Positions 12,222-26,141 are shown, counted from the first letter of the whole stretch. The stretch is DNA of 63,801 nucleotides, filler included, from Perkinsus chesapeaki ATCC PRA-425 (GCA_013115145.1; 8 parts of 8 records of this genome joined end to end with filler, not necessarily neighbours in it); one strand, 5' to 3'. Notes: generated from the sequence alone by a model not told the origin. Numbers and translations: made by a program.

Positions 12222-13355
12222 TTGAACCGTCAGCTAAGCCTCTGTGTTGGAGGCTCTAAGCCTTGTGTTTGGCACATTGCCGAGACTATGGCTCATCTAT
12301 AGTCTACAGCCCGCAAGGCTACTTTGTTAAATACAAAATGATGAACTTCTGGCTCAGAAAAGGCAGCTTGCATTATTCACTGTCAGCTGCTTGAAATCTT
12401 GCTTCTATTATTTTTGCACCGTGTGATTTCGGGGCGCTCGTGTCAACTCGCCTGCACTGAGTTTGCCGACAGGTGAGGCTGGTTCCGCGATGCGCTTTCG
12501 TTCCGTACCCGTGCTCCTACATTGTATCCGCGTTATAAAACAGAAAACGATACGATCAGTATCATAATGTCTTATCGGCTCAAGCCATTGGAAGCATTTT
12601 CCAGTTGCTCGATGGATGGTGTTTCAAGTAACTATCGCACTGCTGCTTGCCGTTCGCTCGCCACGGTCGGTCAATGCTAGGAAGACTGTTACCCGGCCAT
12701 GCGGCTCGCACTAGGTAAACGAGGTCTCAGCGTAGTCGGACGAAGATACTCTGAGAAGTTCTTTGAAAGGTTCTCTGAAAAAACCTCTCGTTGCATATTG
12801 ACAAGCAGGCAGTTCGATATTCACGCTTCAAAGAATGCCGACGCACGTGCCAACGAGCGGTTAATCTCCGCTTGTAAGACTTCACAAATTAGCGCGATGA
12901 GTGCACGTCGTCTACTTATCTTGTGTAGCACAAGATATTGTGTGTGTAGCGTAAAATAGCGTGCTTGTAGGGAGCGCACGTTGTGTGTTGGTTGCACCAC
13001 CCATGGCAGTTTCGGGGTCACCCGGGGTTGAGTTAGTCAGTTGAACTCGCAAAGCTAAGAGATCTCTATGGTCGAGTCTTTTATGGTATCTTCGCAGTTA
13101 CGGAAGGTTCCAAACCTCATCTTTTTTTTGTTTCCTCTTTGAGAGGCGCCAGTCTTGCTCCTCTGAAGGCGATTTGTCTAGGGAAGACTCTCGCCACTCT
13201 TAGGAGCATCCTGGCCCTGCGATACCTTATCGGAGCGTTCTAGCAGAACTTACTCCTGATCCAGGTATCGCCTCTTCCCAAACTATCTTCGTGTCGTTTG
13301 GTGTCCTAAATCTAGTAACTCGACAGGTCGCGAAGATTGGACAAGTGAAATTAAT

Positions 13356-14082
13356 TTATGCCCTTCCTCCAGACAAGCGCATCATATGCGGCAGAACTCC
13401 ATCGTTATTCTTCTTTGTCTCGTCGGCACCGTTCGCAATCAAGAACTCGGCCAGAGATGTGTGATTGAATCTACTAAGCACACTCAGCTGAATGAGAGAG
13501 TGAAGATCGTGGAAGCCAACTGCACAGCTCATTCTTGAATATCGTCCTGGACCAAGTCTCTAGCGCCGATCCTTAACATAGCAAAATGCAGACAGAAACG
13601 CGTACTGATAGCAAATGTGTAGGGCGGTGTTGCCCTTTTGATTTTGTGCATCGATATTGACACCGCATCCCAGCAGATGCTTCGCGATCCTTCTGTTGTT
13701 ATTCTGGCAGGCTATCATCAGTAACGTGTTTGCTTGCTGCGAATCGACCTCTGAAATGGGCAAGTATTTGAGAGGAAATGAACTCCTGAGTTTGAGACAG
13801 GATTGACTCATACATAAAAACAATGCATGCGTTTATCTGACCGACGTTAAGAAAATTTGTTGCAAGGTTATGATCAGTTCTCGCAAAAAATCTTAGAGCG
13901 GTCGAGGAGCCTTCAAAGGTTCCTCGCGGAGATTCGACAGAAGCAATGATTCTCACGATCCTATGACATTCTGACTCTATTCTCATTATCTCACTTTCAA
14001 TAAGACTCCGGTCCTCTTCAATCAACGATTCTACGGCCTCGAAACGATTGTGGCGCACCTGATCGGATAACCGATAGCACAA
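13356..14082 (-). CDS. Ankyrin-repeat protein (3' exons; 5' end probably further upstream)
   Basis: Exons encode VRHNRFEAVESLIEED, NTLLMIACQNNNRRIAKHLLGCGVNIDAQNQKGNTALHICYQY and SLAEFLIANGADETKKNNDG; stop at 13356-13358. Confidence 0.85.
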
Positions 14083-15312
14083 CCATAACTTGCACTAACA
14101 CGGAGCAACTGTTTCTAAGAAGTGCTCGAACCTCCAAGAGAGTCGAAAACGACTCGCACGCTCAGCGCTCTCTACCATATATCGGTTTTCATGAGCAGTA
14201 CTGAGGAGAGAGGAGGAGCCGTAAACTCGTCAATGCGTACTGTACTTCTTCAAGGATTTTTTATTGGAAAAGTAAATATGTATTCTTATAAGCTACTTCA
14301 CATACTAGACCGTCTTTGAGTTAAATTAGTTACTCATTTGCATTGACGACTTTATTACAAATGGGCAGCAACGACTACGAGACACTAAGCAGTGCACTTC
14401 AACAGTTATACTTTCGTCACCAAGCCATAGAACGCTTTTCATCTTCCCTTTTGCCTCAAGGACATATTTTATCAAGTAATCCCTATCGTATCTACATACT
14501 AGCGATACTTCTTAAGCTTCGAGAATACATTTTCGTGAAACTAAACAAGTTCTTGTGAAGAACTAGTATTAACCTCGTAGCGTAGGCTACGCTGTATTAC
14601 GCTTATCTAACCTGAAGAGCCGAGATGCCCGAGATAATTGTCTTACACATGAAATAAGAACCTCGATGCCGCGCTCTTCCTCTCCAGTGTTGTCAAGCGA
14701 CAATCCGGATTCGGTTTCTCCTCCAGTCTGAGGAAATCTAGATGTCCACGCAAGTTGCACTCACCGGTGCCGGGGTCTCTTCCGCAGCCTCTTGGAGCCT
14801 TTGCGCATTGAGGCGCGAGTCTAGTATTAGTGAAGGTTCGGGGTCGACAACTTGGCCTTTATTCGGGCGGATGTGACGTGACAAGTCAGGCCGAGAGTAG
14901 GCCGCTGTTGGCAATCTTATATAGGCGTCACCGACACCTACCGAAGCTCACTTAGAACGTTTCTGGAGATTCTTAAAGTGTCTTTCCTGGGCAGTAGAAC
15001 TGAGATCTATATGTCTTTCGACATATCGAACCGCTCACAGTTGGAACATCTGTCGGTCTTCCACAGTTGAGATCTGCAGCTTTCTCATCCGTTCGAAAAA
15101 GGTATTACACAACAGCATATGAAAAACTCTCTGTAGCATTTCCGCTATATTTTTCCTCGCCAGATGATCGTAGATGACCACATATATTTCAGCGGAAACA
15201 ATGCGTGTGTTGTAATTGAGACTAGAAAACCAGAATCTGCTTGTTTAGGTGGATTCTTCCTCATTTTCCCTGCCTGGCCGTTTCATTCTAACAAAGTATA
15301 ACAACTATACAA

Positions 15313-15410
15313 AGGCGACCATCTGCCAGGAAGCTATATAGCTTCCTGGCAGATGGTCGCCTACACTACTATATTACTGATACGCTATAGCTTAGCTATA
15401 GCGCATCAGT
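15313..15410. repeat. 50-bp perfect palindrome (15313-15362) plus 35-bp near-perfect hairpin (15376-15410)
   Basis: aggcgaccatctgccaggaagctat|atagcttcctggcagatggtcgcct and actgatacgctatagct-t-agctatagcgcatcagt, read directly. Confidence 0.95.
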
Positions 15411-17105
15411 TAGCTGCTGCCCCACAGTAAACCCTTACGTCGCTCAACTGTGTAATTGTCGATGTCGTTAAAGAAAGTTGCATCTTCGGGAGACTTACCA
15501 GAACCTGTCAGAAGGCCCGGGATCTTCCGTGATTACCCCGACAACGCTTTTCACTCTAAACCTCAGCAAAACCGTCAACATCTTCCCAACCCGTAGTCCT
15601 CCAGTGGCAAACACAAGCTTGTCCAATCTCGCCAATTTACACGCTCTCTTTTCCGAGAGCGTACACAGAGCCGTTAAGGGAAACATGGAATCCTCGGGAA
15701 GTCTTTCGAGCGTCAAGTGGCCTGCACCGAGCTCACCATCATCAATATTGTTATCATCTCTCGGTAGTGTCGCGGATTCACCCGATATACCCTCAATGAC
15801 CGGAGCATCAGGAGCTACTATTTTCGAACCTGAACTCGTCCCTTACGAGAACACTCTATTGGCTTCCGAACTTTGCTGAGTAGGTGCTCTTTGTGACGCG
15901 ACATAGCTCCCCACCATTTCATCTGCACGAGGGTTCTTACTCGCCGATACAGGGATTAGACTAAGAGACAAGAGCGATGCTATGTAGTTGTGTTATGATG
16001 GAAAGTAAGGGGATCGAGTAGATGTACTAATATTATTAACATACACTATAATATTATGTTAACTTCACCGGTAAAATAATCCCTAAGAAGTGGTTAGTAT
16101 ATTGTTACCTACTGGCTATAGTTAAACTCAGTCTATAGGAGCGACAGTGGAGCTGGAAGACTACTCTGGTCGTAACCATAAATGCACCCCCTGGAATCGG
16201 ATCAACTCACTTTCGACCTAGCTGAGCTCCTCGTGGCAGCAGCCCCGGTGGTGGAGCAGGCAGGCCTCCTAGGGTCGTCTGTGTTGGAACCTGCAAAATC
16301 TAATAAGAAGCACAGCATAATTAAGAGATGTACTCTGTCTTTAATTCTATTTGCGATCTCGGTGATAATGTCATCGTTATTCATGAAGAGTTCATTAAAT
16401 GCTTCCTTAACGGCCATCGCTATATTCGACCGGGTATCTAAGAGTGCATCACGCACTAGGAAGGACGAGGAGCATGCCGAGCACGACAAATAGTTCTTCT
16501 GGGAGTTTAACGAAATTGTATAATTATGCCTGAAACACCCATGTGGCCCTGTTTGTTTTTTTTCAGGTCACACAACTCTATAGAATCCATAGTATAGATT
16601 GAGAACTTTCCTGTGGAGGTTGCCACAAAACTTTTTTGTGCTCCCCTTAAGTGTTGAAGTGGTGCTCTCGACAGCGTTGTATAAGCTCTCACCTGCATCG
16701 ACTGTTGATCTTCTGACGGAGTGCCGAGAGCTTGCCTGCCAAAAGACACGTATCTCGCTCGATTCTCACACTTCCTAGATATTATTCTGGTAAGCTAGAC
16801 CAAAGCTGCCTCGCGTACAATAGCTATTTCTGCGACACTATACCCTCTCTATACCCAGTATCAGGATAATTGTTGTAGTGTTACGAGATTCAATGATTTA
16901 ATTAAAACGGGTAGATTCAGGGATACCGGGGCTCCATAGGTGCGAAAACAAATGCCATAAGCTGCGAGTCATGATTGGCGGATAATAAATAGATATAACA
17001 TATAATAGGTGAATAAATCATGCTCTGACGTATAGTTTTAATCGGAGTTCGCGTTCCACCTAATCCTAATCAATGCTGGCAGTGGTCCTGCCCACCCCTT
17101 CAAGT

Positions 17106-19900
17106 TCATACTCTCTCGGATGTAGATGGCTGATGGCTGCCGTCATCAGGTTGCTCTTCCTCTGAGATATCACTCCTCCCTTCGGACTCGGCGCCAGTAG
17201 TTTTTAATTCTTCGTCACTGGTTTGCGTGACTTCTGCGTGGACAGGCAAACCGGCTTCATCGGGAGTTTCATCTGGACAAAATATTATTCGCAGAAGTTA
17301 CGTCTGCGAAAAGTAGTCGAAACTGTCGCGGCACCCATGTTCGCTTGTTCTTCCTGTAGCTTTAAGTTCTTCTTGTACTCGCACACTATCTGGATCGGAC
17401 GGATGTTTCAAAAGGGAAGCTGCTCTGAGCCGCTGTTATTTACTTCATGTCTTTGGCTGATAACTTGGGAAGCACTTTCGCACCGGAAGCTTTCCCTTAG
17501 TAATGAGACAAGGAAAGGAGGATAGCCTTCCAGAGGTGGAGCCGGCCATTCGAACTTTGCGAACGACTTCTCCTGAGAACACTCAATAGTGCAGGTCGGG
17601 ACAGCACGAAGGACGCAATCTTCAACAGCATTGATAACTTGTGGTGCGGTGAGGGGCTTCTGATGGTGCTGCTTCATGATCTGTTACGCGTCAGATTCGC
17701 AGGCGCCTCGCATGCTTTGCTGAGTTGGACCATCTTCTCAAAGATGTATCCTTTCGCCGTTGACGACAATCGCTAGGGGCTTTTGCAACTAATAATCTTC
17801 GCGCCACTCACGCTTCTAGGTTGAAGTCGTTTCTCAATCTGCTCGCTAAGTCTAGCGCGTATACCGTTATCCATCTTCACAGGTTCAGATTTACCGTATC
17901 TATCAGCGCCCTTCCAAAGGTAGCAGCAACCGTCCGAGTCACCCACAGTATCGCCGCGTCGATATTCGGCAGTAGCTCCTCGTGCACCAACTTGTTCACA
18001 TCGATTCCTCTATCCTTTTCCCAAATTCTTGAAGGTGTTGGAGTGAGCGTCACTTCCAGTTTCTTCGGTGGAACTACTTAGACACGTTCGTATCAACTTT
18101 CTTTCTCCATCACACCATAGTCATGCGGGTCTTGTTCGAATTGGCGCGGTAAGGGCCTCGTTACGCTTAACGTCGCGGGAGGCTGGAGAGGCACCTAACC
18201 GCCGTGGAGTGCGCCTAGATCTCGAGTTGTTTTTCCGAAAAGCCCGATTTGAGTTCTTTCGCTACAGGAAGTAGTAAAAGACTTCCCAGGTCTATAATAG
18301 ACCGTCTATTAGACACTGCTTCTATGATACACTGTTACCTCTCGCCCCACTAGTAGACCGTCGATTAGTGGGGCGAAAGGTAACAGTGTATCAGGAGAAG
18401 CTTCCATTCCGGGAACTTGGAAGGAATGTGGAAGACTCCTTGCTATTCGACCGTTTACATCGAACTGAGGCAGTTCCCTCTCTTCCATGTGCTCAAGTGT
18501 ATAGGCTTTCGGCGGCCCTATTATATCAGGGAAAAACTCTGGCGGTGGCATGCTAACGGGAACGATGTCGATCTAAAAGGTTTCGCCTCGCTATTGTTGA
18601 GCTGCGTGAATGTGTCACCATTTTCTGGGGAGGAACCTTAGGAAGGTCTTCGTCAACCTTCAGAGCTTCTGGAGGCTCGGGGTGGACCTGGGGTCGGGCA
18701 AAGTAGGAGTAAGTCAGCGACTATTGGCAATACGGTGCATCCGGCACGAGGCTCCTCATCGAACCTTATAGGAATGTCCATAGAAGGGACACCTGATGAG
18801 GTGATGTGGCGTAGCATCACTCGCCTATCCCCTCACCGCCGCGTTGACCAGCGACTTGAAGTTCCTCATCGAGCCCATCTAGAGGAGGTTCGTAGTCTAC
18901 CGATAGTGTTATAGGAGGCAATTCGATATCCGAGGAATCTGGAAACGAAATCGATCACCCGATCGATTCCTTCTAGACCTTTCTTTTCTCCCCGCTCTTG
19001 TTTGTCGATCAGCATCAAGTCTGGCGGACGTGCAGAAAGTACCTCAAACGCCATCGGCTCACATCAACAAACCGCCGCGACGACTGGAGCGATTCGTTGA
19101 ACGCGCGAAAGAATAAAAACTATTCAGACGAACACAGACAGACTCAATTCTTATCAGTAGTACTCTTTAACACTCACTAATACGCATTTTCATACATATC
19201 AAACGTATACGCGAAAAATACCTTACCATGGCGTCAAATTCTTCACAGTGCTCCTCGACTTCTTTCTTTTCCTCCTCAGTAAGAGCGTTCATCTCTTCGA
19301 CCATATCCCATGCTTGCGAAGCCATCTCTGGGTTCGACACACCTACCGTGGAGCACTTTCTAGCTGGTCAAATCTCCACAAATATAGTCAAGTTGGAAGC
19401 TGAAATTCTCTTCGTGAGTTTCTCATACCGTCGACTGCTAAAAAGTCACCTCTACATCAGACTATATACCGCCAAGTTATATTCCATATTTATACTGCCT
19501 GATAGTTTCCCAACAAGACCAGTCTATAAAAACTCACTGTCTAGCTTTATATCGTCCTTGAGAGCAGCAGCGACATCATGTCCTATCGCCGAGGTGTACA
19601 CAGTGTCCAAACATTCTTCGATTAGCTTGGCTGGTATGTTCCTATATTAGAAGTTTTCGGCAAGTACAAGTGGATTCTGGTGCTCACTCCTTCTCGAAAT
19701 CCGCCTTCTGTCGAAATATCTTTGGTGCTCTTTCTGTTTCCGAAGACTGACAGTAATTTGTATTTGGTAGTGCATACTAACTTCAAGTCAGTATTGTTAT
19801 GTTACTTGGTAAGTATGTTAGTAAAAAAATCAGTAGCAGTTATACTATCCATTATGAGTGAACCACGTTACCACAGTACCCGCTTTACCAGTATTCCTGG
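17106..19900 (-). CDS. Hypothetical multi-exon protein; product not recognised, boundaries approximate
   Basis: Chain of protein-like open segments on the minus strand (e.g. NIPAKLIEECLDTVYTSAIG, MPPPEFFPDIIGPPKAY, DVNKLVHEELLPNIDAAILW, acidic C-terminal tail) separated by short GT-AG gaps. Confidence 0.4.
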
Positions 19901-22900
19901 ACTGTTGTATTCGTAGTTTGCACACACAGTATAGAAAACCTTGGACCACAACTGCGACGCAACGGAATCCAAGGCTTGTATATATGGGAAGATGGTACTC
20001 ATTCCTTTGAGTGAGCCATACAGTGACAAGAACAGTATAAGTATAAAACTCTCGTAGAGATAGTCTAACTAAGCCTTCTACGGCGTTGGACTATCAACTC
20101 ACACACACGGTAGTCTGCCACTTGCAGTGTGCAAGGCGAACGTCGCCTACCTGATCCGTGTCGCTCTCATTTGACATTCGTTGGTGTGCCTCTGTGGCGA
20201 CGCTGTGCACTAAATATCTGTTATGGAAGAAGGCATTGGTCCACGGTTCCTCGAAATGCTCGAACCCGCGATCGCAGAGCTCCTCGAATGTTGGTCCTTG
20301 CTGTTCGTTATCACTCTCTCCCTGTTCCGAAGAGGATCCGGCCTAAGCACGCTCATAAAAGGCGTCCTTTTTTAATGCTCGCTGACTAGTCCGAACGCGT
20401 ATGTGTTGCCCAACAACTTCGCGATTAAACAGTATGGCCCAATTTCGGTTGACGTATCGATGCGAGATTCTGCTCTCTTCAAAACACCACTTACCCTCTC
20501 TCCTGCTTCTGGACGTTTGCCATATAAGCACATGCAGCAATATTGAGCATGTAATGGATTACTGTGGGCATGGGGCTTCCAGACCGGCAGAGTAGACGGG
20601 ACAGAAGTTGTGTTGCCTGACGGCTAAAAGATTCGTCCAATTTCCTTAATCGAGCGAGCAAGGTCTTGATACGGATCCTCCACAACATATGGGACGCTAC
20701 CCAGTGTCCGACGGTACAAAGCTCAACCGGGTAACCCGGTCCGGGTTCACGCCCGACAAATTCTCTTATTAGCGTATTTGAACACTGTCTCTTACTTGGA
20801 CTACTCTGTCCCACTTGAACTGTCATTGCTGTATCGGGACGTTCCGTACTGTTCTGAGACTACAGCAAACGATAGGACCAGCCATGACTTCATGAGTTAT
20901 TTTGCTCACCCCAGGATTTTCATCGGCGTTTCGGTCGGACATTGCTGAGTTGGAAACGGCAGCTAAGTAGTACCGAAATCAAACCTCGAAGGCTTTGAAG
21001 AACTCGGGAGTATCAACAACAAGATGAACAATCGGTGAACGTATAGTTGGATTAAGTACTCAAGCGTCCAGGTCGCGGATAGAGGAAAGGAAACGTCACG
21101 TTTGTGATAGAATAAAAGGACCGACATGTCGAAGGTTGCTCGTAGAGTGGATAGTCCAGCTAAGCCATCTCCCTGGGCGGACTGTGCACTAATACAACAG
21201 GCGATCCACAAAGCGGCACAGAGAGAATGGGTAGAGCTTTGCTGAGAAAAACTCTTCAAAAAGAAGGTATAAGCTCCACAATGAGCCGAAGCCGATAAGT
21301 GTGAGGTGGTCTTTGCTGGTTGGTACTATGAACTAGTCCAAAACCGTTACAGGCTCATAAGGAAGTGAGCGTCATTTTCTTAGCTTAATAGGTGCCACCC
21401 AATAAGCTAACGATATAAGCCCTGACCGTAGGCATTCTAATTCAGTCTCGGATCATCCAGTGACTGGGTTACAGTCCGTACGCAACCATTAGAAACCTCG
21501 CATCGTGGAAGGGCGAGCGAAATCCCTGTAGGGTCGGCAACCTGCCGACGTGGCCCGAGTAGCTTTCATCGAAGTGTCGCTATTTTGCACTACAGTGACT
21601 TGTGCAACGGCAGACACTATGGGGGTTCTTGCTGAGTAGTGCCACGGTGTACTACATGCTACAGCATAGCTCAGCATGTTAGAACTGACTAGCTGAACCA
21701 CATATCGCGTATCTGAGAATCTTTCCCATGGAGCGCATGCGTAATCCTTGAACATAACCTTTGAAAGCACAATGAAGATACCTCGATAGCAGTATGGTGG
21801 CGTCTTTCATTGAAAACTATGTAACGTTGAAATTGAGTGATGAGAGTGCGAGGAAACTATTCAAACCAGAAGCACGACGCAGGCCAGACTCAGAGTCCCT
21901 GCGAGTCGGGTAAGAGTAGTTCGAGTAGGGATGTCGGGATGAATCTACTGGAACACCTCCAGCTCACATTATTCAAGCTACATATAGGCAAGCCGTTAGT
22001 AATAACTCAATTTTGGTGGGCAGTGCAGTCAAATCAGCTATACCGGGCTGGTTGCATCCCTGCCGTGCGTGCCCAAGTTCCTGCGCGGGGATACGTAACG
22101 GAAGAGACTCCCTATTAGGCTGCTAAATAGTGTATACTATACACTGTATAGCTTGCGCGATCACAGTCTTAGAGTTGCACAAGTACGGTCGTTCTATGAT
22201 TGAGCAGTCTAGGCGAACTGCTTAGCCAATATTGTGGCCAAAACAGTTCTGAATTCGGAGCCGGCGGCTCCGAGCCGTCTTGAGCAATCCTCGCTACCGA
22301 GTCACTGGCGAAGATAGTCAGTAGTAATGAGTAATCCTAGACCGAGCCTTACGAAAATGTGTTCACCGAAACTTATAAGTGTTCCTAGCACGCCGTGCTA
22401 AGCACAGAGGCGCGATGGGAAAGAGAAATCTTCCTAGCTCCAAACAGAGTATAAAATGAAGCCTCCTGAGCGAGCTTTATGTTTCTGTGGGACCTTCAAG
22501 GACCCGTAGTTTAGATCGGGAGAACAAAAACATCCTTTCTGTATTGTATTATCCGAATGCACTCCGAGAATGCCCAAATGCAGATGCTAAGTCACCTAGC
22601 CTCTCCTCGAAGACGACGCCTTTGGCGCGTCACATTTCAAGGGGGCTAAGCAAGAGCCCAGATCGTGAAGCAACACTAAAGGTAGGCTAAATCTTACTAG
22701 TAATGCGGCTGTAGAGTCTATAGTATAGACTAGAGGGCCTCTAGTAAGCGGGCTTATTGAGAAAGGTTATAACTGCTCGTACCGACTCTCCTGCAACTAA
22801 TTTCGAGGCTACGCCGATTAACACGTATGTACGAATGTATGAACTCGAGCTGGGGAAAGCTGTTGTTGCTCCCCATCCCTGCTTCGCCAGTATGATCAGA

Positions 22901-23254
22901 AGCGCCTATGTTAGAGCACTTGTTGAAGGAGTGTTGGCCTTTGTGGATCCTGGAGCCTTCAGGCTGGACTCCACCCACTGGAAAAAGCCTTCATGCTGAA
23001 GATATGATATATCACACATGAGTTATAAATACACGCAGATTTGAGGGTTGCGGTAGGAGTATACGTGTAATGCCTTAGCTGGAAATCCGGTTCAATAGCT
23101 CAGCTAAAGGGGCTCAACACACTGCGCCCTAACGCGTAGTTGTCAGGTATATAAAATGATCTGTCCAAGTCTACCGTAGCAAAGCGACAGCTTTCTGGAT
23201 CTTGAACTTGTAGTATGAGTACACTTTGGTATGTCAGTTGTAACCATTTCCTCA

Positions 23255-23540
23255 ATGCGCGCCTCTCGTTACATCTTGGCTCTCATTGGTATGTTGTTCT
23301 CTACAACAAGTGCTCAACAGATCTGTACCCAAGTGCCCTGTATCGTTAATGGTGGACGAGAGACCTGTGATCCACAAACTGGGTACTGTAGTGATACTCC
23401 TTATTGGAGTAGAGTACAATGCTGTGGTGAGCCGATAAACCCTGTCCACACGCCCGAGCCCGAGCCTGATCATGATAAGCGGATTGAGCTTGCGAATGTA
23501 GCGGCTGTGAAATCTCCAGAGATTAAGGGAGTACCGCACG
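23255..23540 (+). CDS. Small secreted cysteine-rich protein, truncated by assembly gap
   Basis: MRASRYILALIGMLFSTTSA signal-peptide-like N-terminus, followed by 6 Cys (ICTQVPC...TCD...YCS...QCC) and a PEPEP linker. Confidence 0.6.
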
Positions 23541-24142
23541 NNNNNNNNNNNNNNNNNNNNNNNNNNNNNNNNNNNNNNNNNNNNTTAATTAATTAANNNN
23601 NNNNNNNNNNNNNNNNNNNNNNNNNNNNNNNNNNNNNNNNTATTCGCTGCCCGGTCTAGCTCATGCAGGCCGAAACTTTGATATGGGCATGAATGCATCT
23701 GTACATAACAGTTTCGGTAATACTCGAAGCTACTGGGTAAATGCGACATTGGTTGTCACTGTCAATACAATAGGAAACTCTCTCTTCGACTGGCACCTCT
23801 TTGTCGGCCTCACAACTAGTGGCTCGATTTACCCTTGGCCGTCGCTTCATAACAACTTCTCCATTGTTGACAAAGCACTACATCTGAAAGTATAGCGAAC
23901 TTTCATCTCTATGGATTCGGACTGTGTTACACAGTGTACTATAGATCGTCTTCATATCTTTCCAGTCACTTTTGAATTCCCTATTATGTGTTCTAGTTTG
24001 ATGATTCCTCGTGATCCGCCTAAGCTTTGTTCGTAAGCTTTCGACCATGCCCAGGTTCCCTCCACACTGCCTGAAACAGTGCTTTGTGGTCTTCGGAGAG
24101 GGATGCTTGAGAGCGCTGTACCACCAGTCGGCTAGACATACC

Positions 24143-24554
24143 TCAACTCGGCAACATGATGGAGCAATACGACGAATTTATTGGCTTAACATTATTTTTT
24201 AGCCTGACCCAGGGTCCCATCGCATTGTCTTGACATTGGAAGCTTGTCCTCGACACGCTAGTCAACTCAACGTGATCCAAGTGCAAAGCTTGGATCGTCT
24301 CCAAATAACACTCGCAACCTGAATCATGTTCGGTCAGGCTTAGTGTCGCCCAGGCGTCCTTGATTTTCTCCAGGGAGTCCTTCACCTCTTTTGTTGCTTC
24401 ATGATAGCCTAGTCAACCTCATTCTACAGGGTCATGACGTATTGCAGGGATCCAAGGTGACCTCAGACCCGACGACCAGATTTTGGATCACGTTGGCGAT
24501 AGCAGCGAGGGAGGCTTGGTCTAAGGCGACGGGCTGAGGGTATTCGTCGGCCAT
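24143..24554 (-). mobile_element. Possible degenerate gag-like retroelement remnant
   Basis: MADEYPQPVALDQASLAAIANVIQNLVVG followed by stops and frameshifts. Weak resemblance only. Confidence 0.15.
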
Positions 24555-24709
24555 GTTATGTTGACACCCTTCAGCTCGCCGGCTCGATACGTGCGATCAC
24601 AAATACTGCCTAGCATTAGGGCTGCCAGACGCGGGCACTGATCACGACGTACCGATGAGTTATCGGCGAGAACTCAAGGTGATGCAAGCCGGAAATTAAT
24701 TCAAGCATG

Positions 24710-26141
24710 CTAAAGGGTCAGGCGGCTTCGTTTCGGGAGGCTTCCAAGAGATCCATCGTCACTCAGCAACCTTTTTCGAATATTTGCATCAACGGCTTTG
24801 ACGTCTGGCGGGAGTATGTGTATCACAACTGCTGTAAGGTTGTCATCAGAGAGCTTTTCATAAGCTCGTCGAACGACTTTCCGTGCACATACGTCTGGTC
24901 TGATTACCGATGACACCACAACAGGAGCAAAAAGACCGGCCACCTGGAAATGGAAAAGTTAAGGGAACAACGTTGCGGTTACCTGTTCATCAGTCTGCAC
25001 ATCAAACACTCCATCGGACGCTAGAATCACGCAACGGTCCTCAGCAGGATTGAGATCGTGGATCTTCACGTCAGGTTCGCTGTTGATAACTTCCCGTGGA
25101 ACTTTGAGGCGTAGATCCCCTAGGGACCGAGAAACCGCTAATCCCCATTGCATCACCTAAAATATAACGAGTGTAGTTCAGATTGTGTGAATCTTACCCT
25201 ATTCCCGACTAAAACCGTTTCTGGTGTGAACACTCTCCACGTTCCTTGTATTTCAACGACAATTCCACCTCGAGCTTAAATCCATTGCTTTTCATCGTCT
25301 CTATTTGGTTTATGGTCTTCGGTTAGCCTAACACACTCATTGCCATCCCCTCGGCATAGGACAGCTCGAGAGTCTCCTGCATGCGCCACAAGCATCTTCA
25401 AATTTCGCTTTGCTTCATCTTCCCATAGAATGACAATCAAGGCTGTTGTGCCTGTGTAGCGCTGAACGAAGCCCCCCACTCAAATTCTTGTGTTACCGTC
25501 GGGCATATCCCTAGCTGCTGCAATGTCAAGAAAACTCTTATCAATTTCAGCGAATGCTTCACGAACGCTGCGCTCAAGCCGGTCATCAAAACTATTCGCC
25601 GCTCCTTGTGATGCGAGGCAATCGGATATCTTTTCACCAATATGCGAGACCTACAGATAAACGAACCCGCAATGCGAGTGAGAAATACAGTCGGTTCTTA
25701 CGACATAGTCCACGCATGCCGCGCCACTATGGCCATCAAACACGGCTACACCATGGAGCGGAGGATCCGTTCCTGACGTCTTGAGGGATAAATCTACAGC
25801 AAACCTACAAAAATGCGAGAAAAGGAAACGAGCTTCCAAATCGAAAGTATCAACAACCAGCTTTGTAGGGTATCGTCGGCCGACCTGTCTTCATTCGTTT
25901 TCTTATTTCCTTTCCAAGACTCGGCCCCGATCCACAACTTTACTCCGGAGGTGCCAAGCCGTATCAACGCAGAATTTTTCTCTCTGTCCACTTTCCCGAT
26001 AAGCTTCAATTGCTCTGCTTCTCCGTGGATCATGGCACCTTGATCGATATGAGTTGTGGTAAGGGCTCCACAACGCTCTTCGTAATTCTCTTGTAACATC
26101 CCTGAATCACTTATGCCACCAGCACGGCCGAGCGATGCCAC
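24710..26141 (-). CDS. PP2C/PPM-family protein phosphatase domain, multi-exon
   Basis: Motifs KKTNEDR, AVFDGHSG, GTTAL, AHAGDSRAVLCR, LTEDHKPNRDDE, LAVSRSLGD, VILASDGVFDV and SDDNLTAVVI occur in order; stop at 24710-24712. Confidence 0.95.

Noticed and set aside
20380-20600. Papain-like fragments (QYGPISVDV, IEHVMDYCGHG)
   Set aside because: The motifs lie in different frames, and no catalytic QxxCGSCW or NSWG is present; probably chance.
23272-23282. 11-nt match (CATCTTGGCTC) to the perkinsid/dinoflagellate spliced-leader core as I recall it
   Set aside because: Too short, lies within a signal-peptide coding sequence, and has no following GT donor or Sm site.
23541-23640. TTAATTAATTAA inside 100-nt N blocks (also 47756-47855, 49239-49338, 53517-53616, 55045-55144, 56520-56619, 59563-59662)
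   Set aside because: Artificial all-frame-stop gap linker added during assembly. It is not biological, and the ORF endings in LIN are artefacts.
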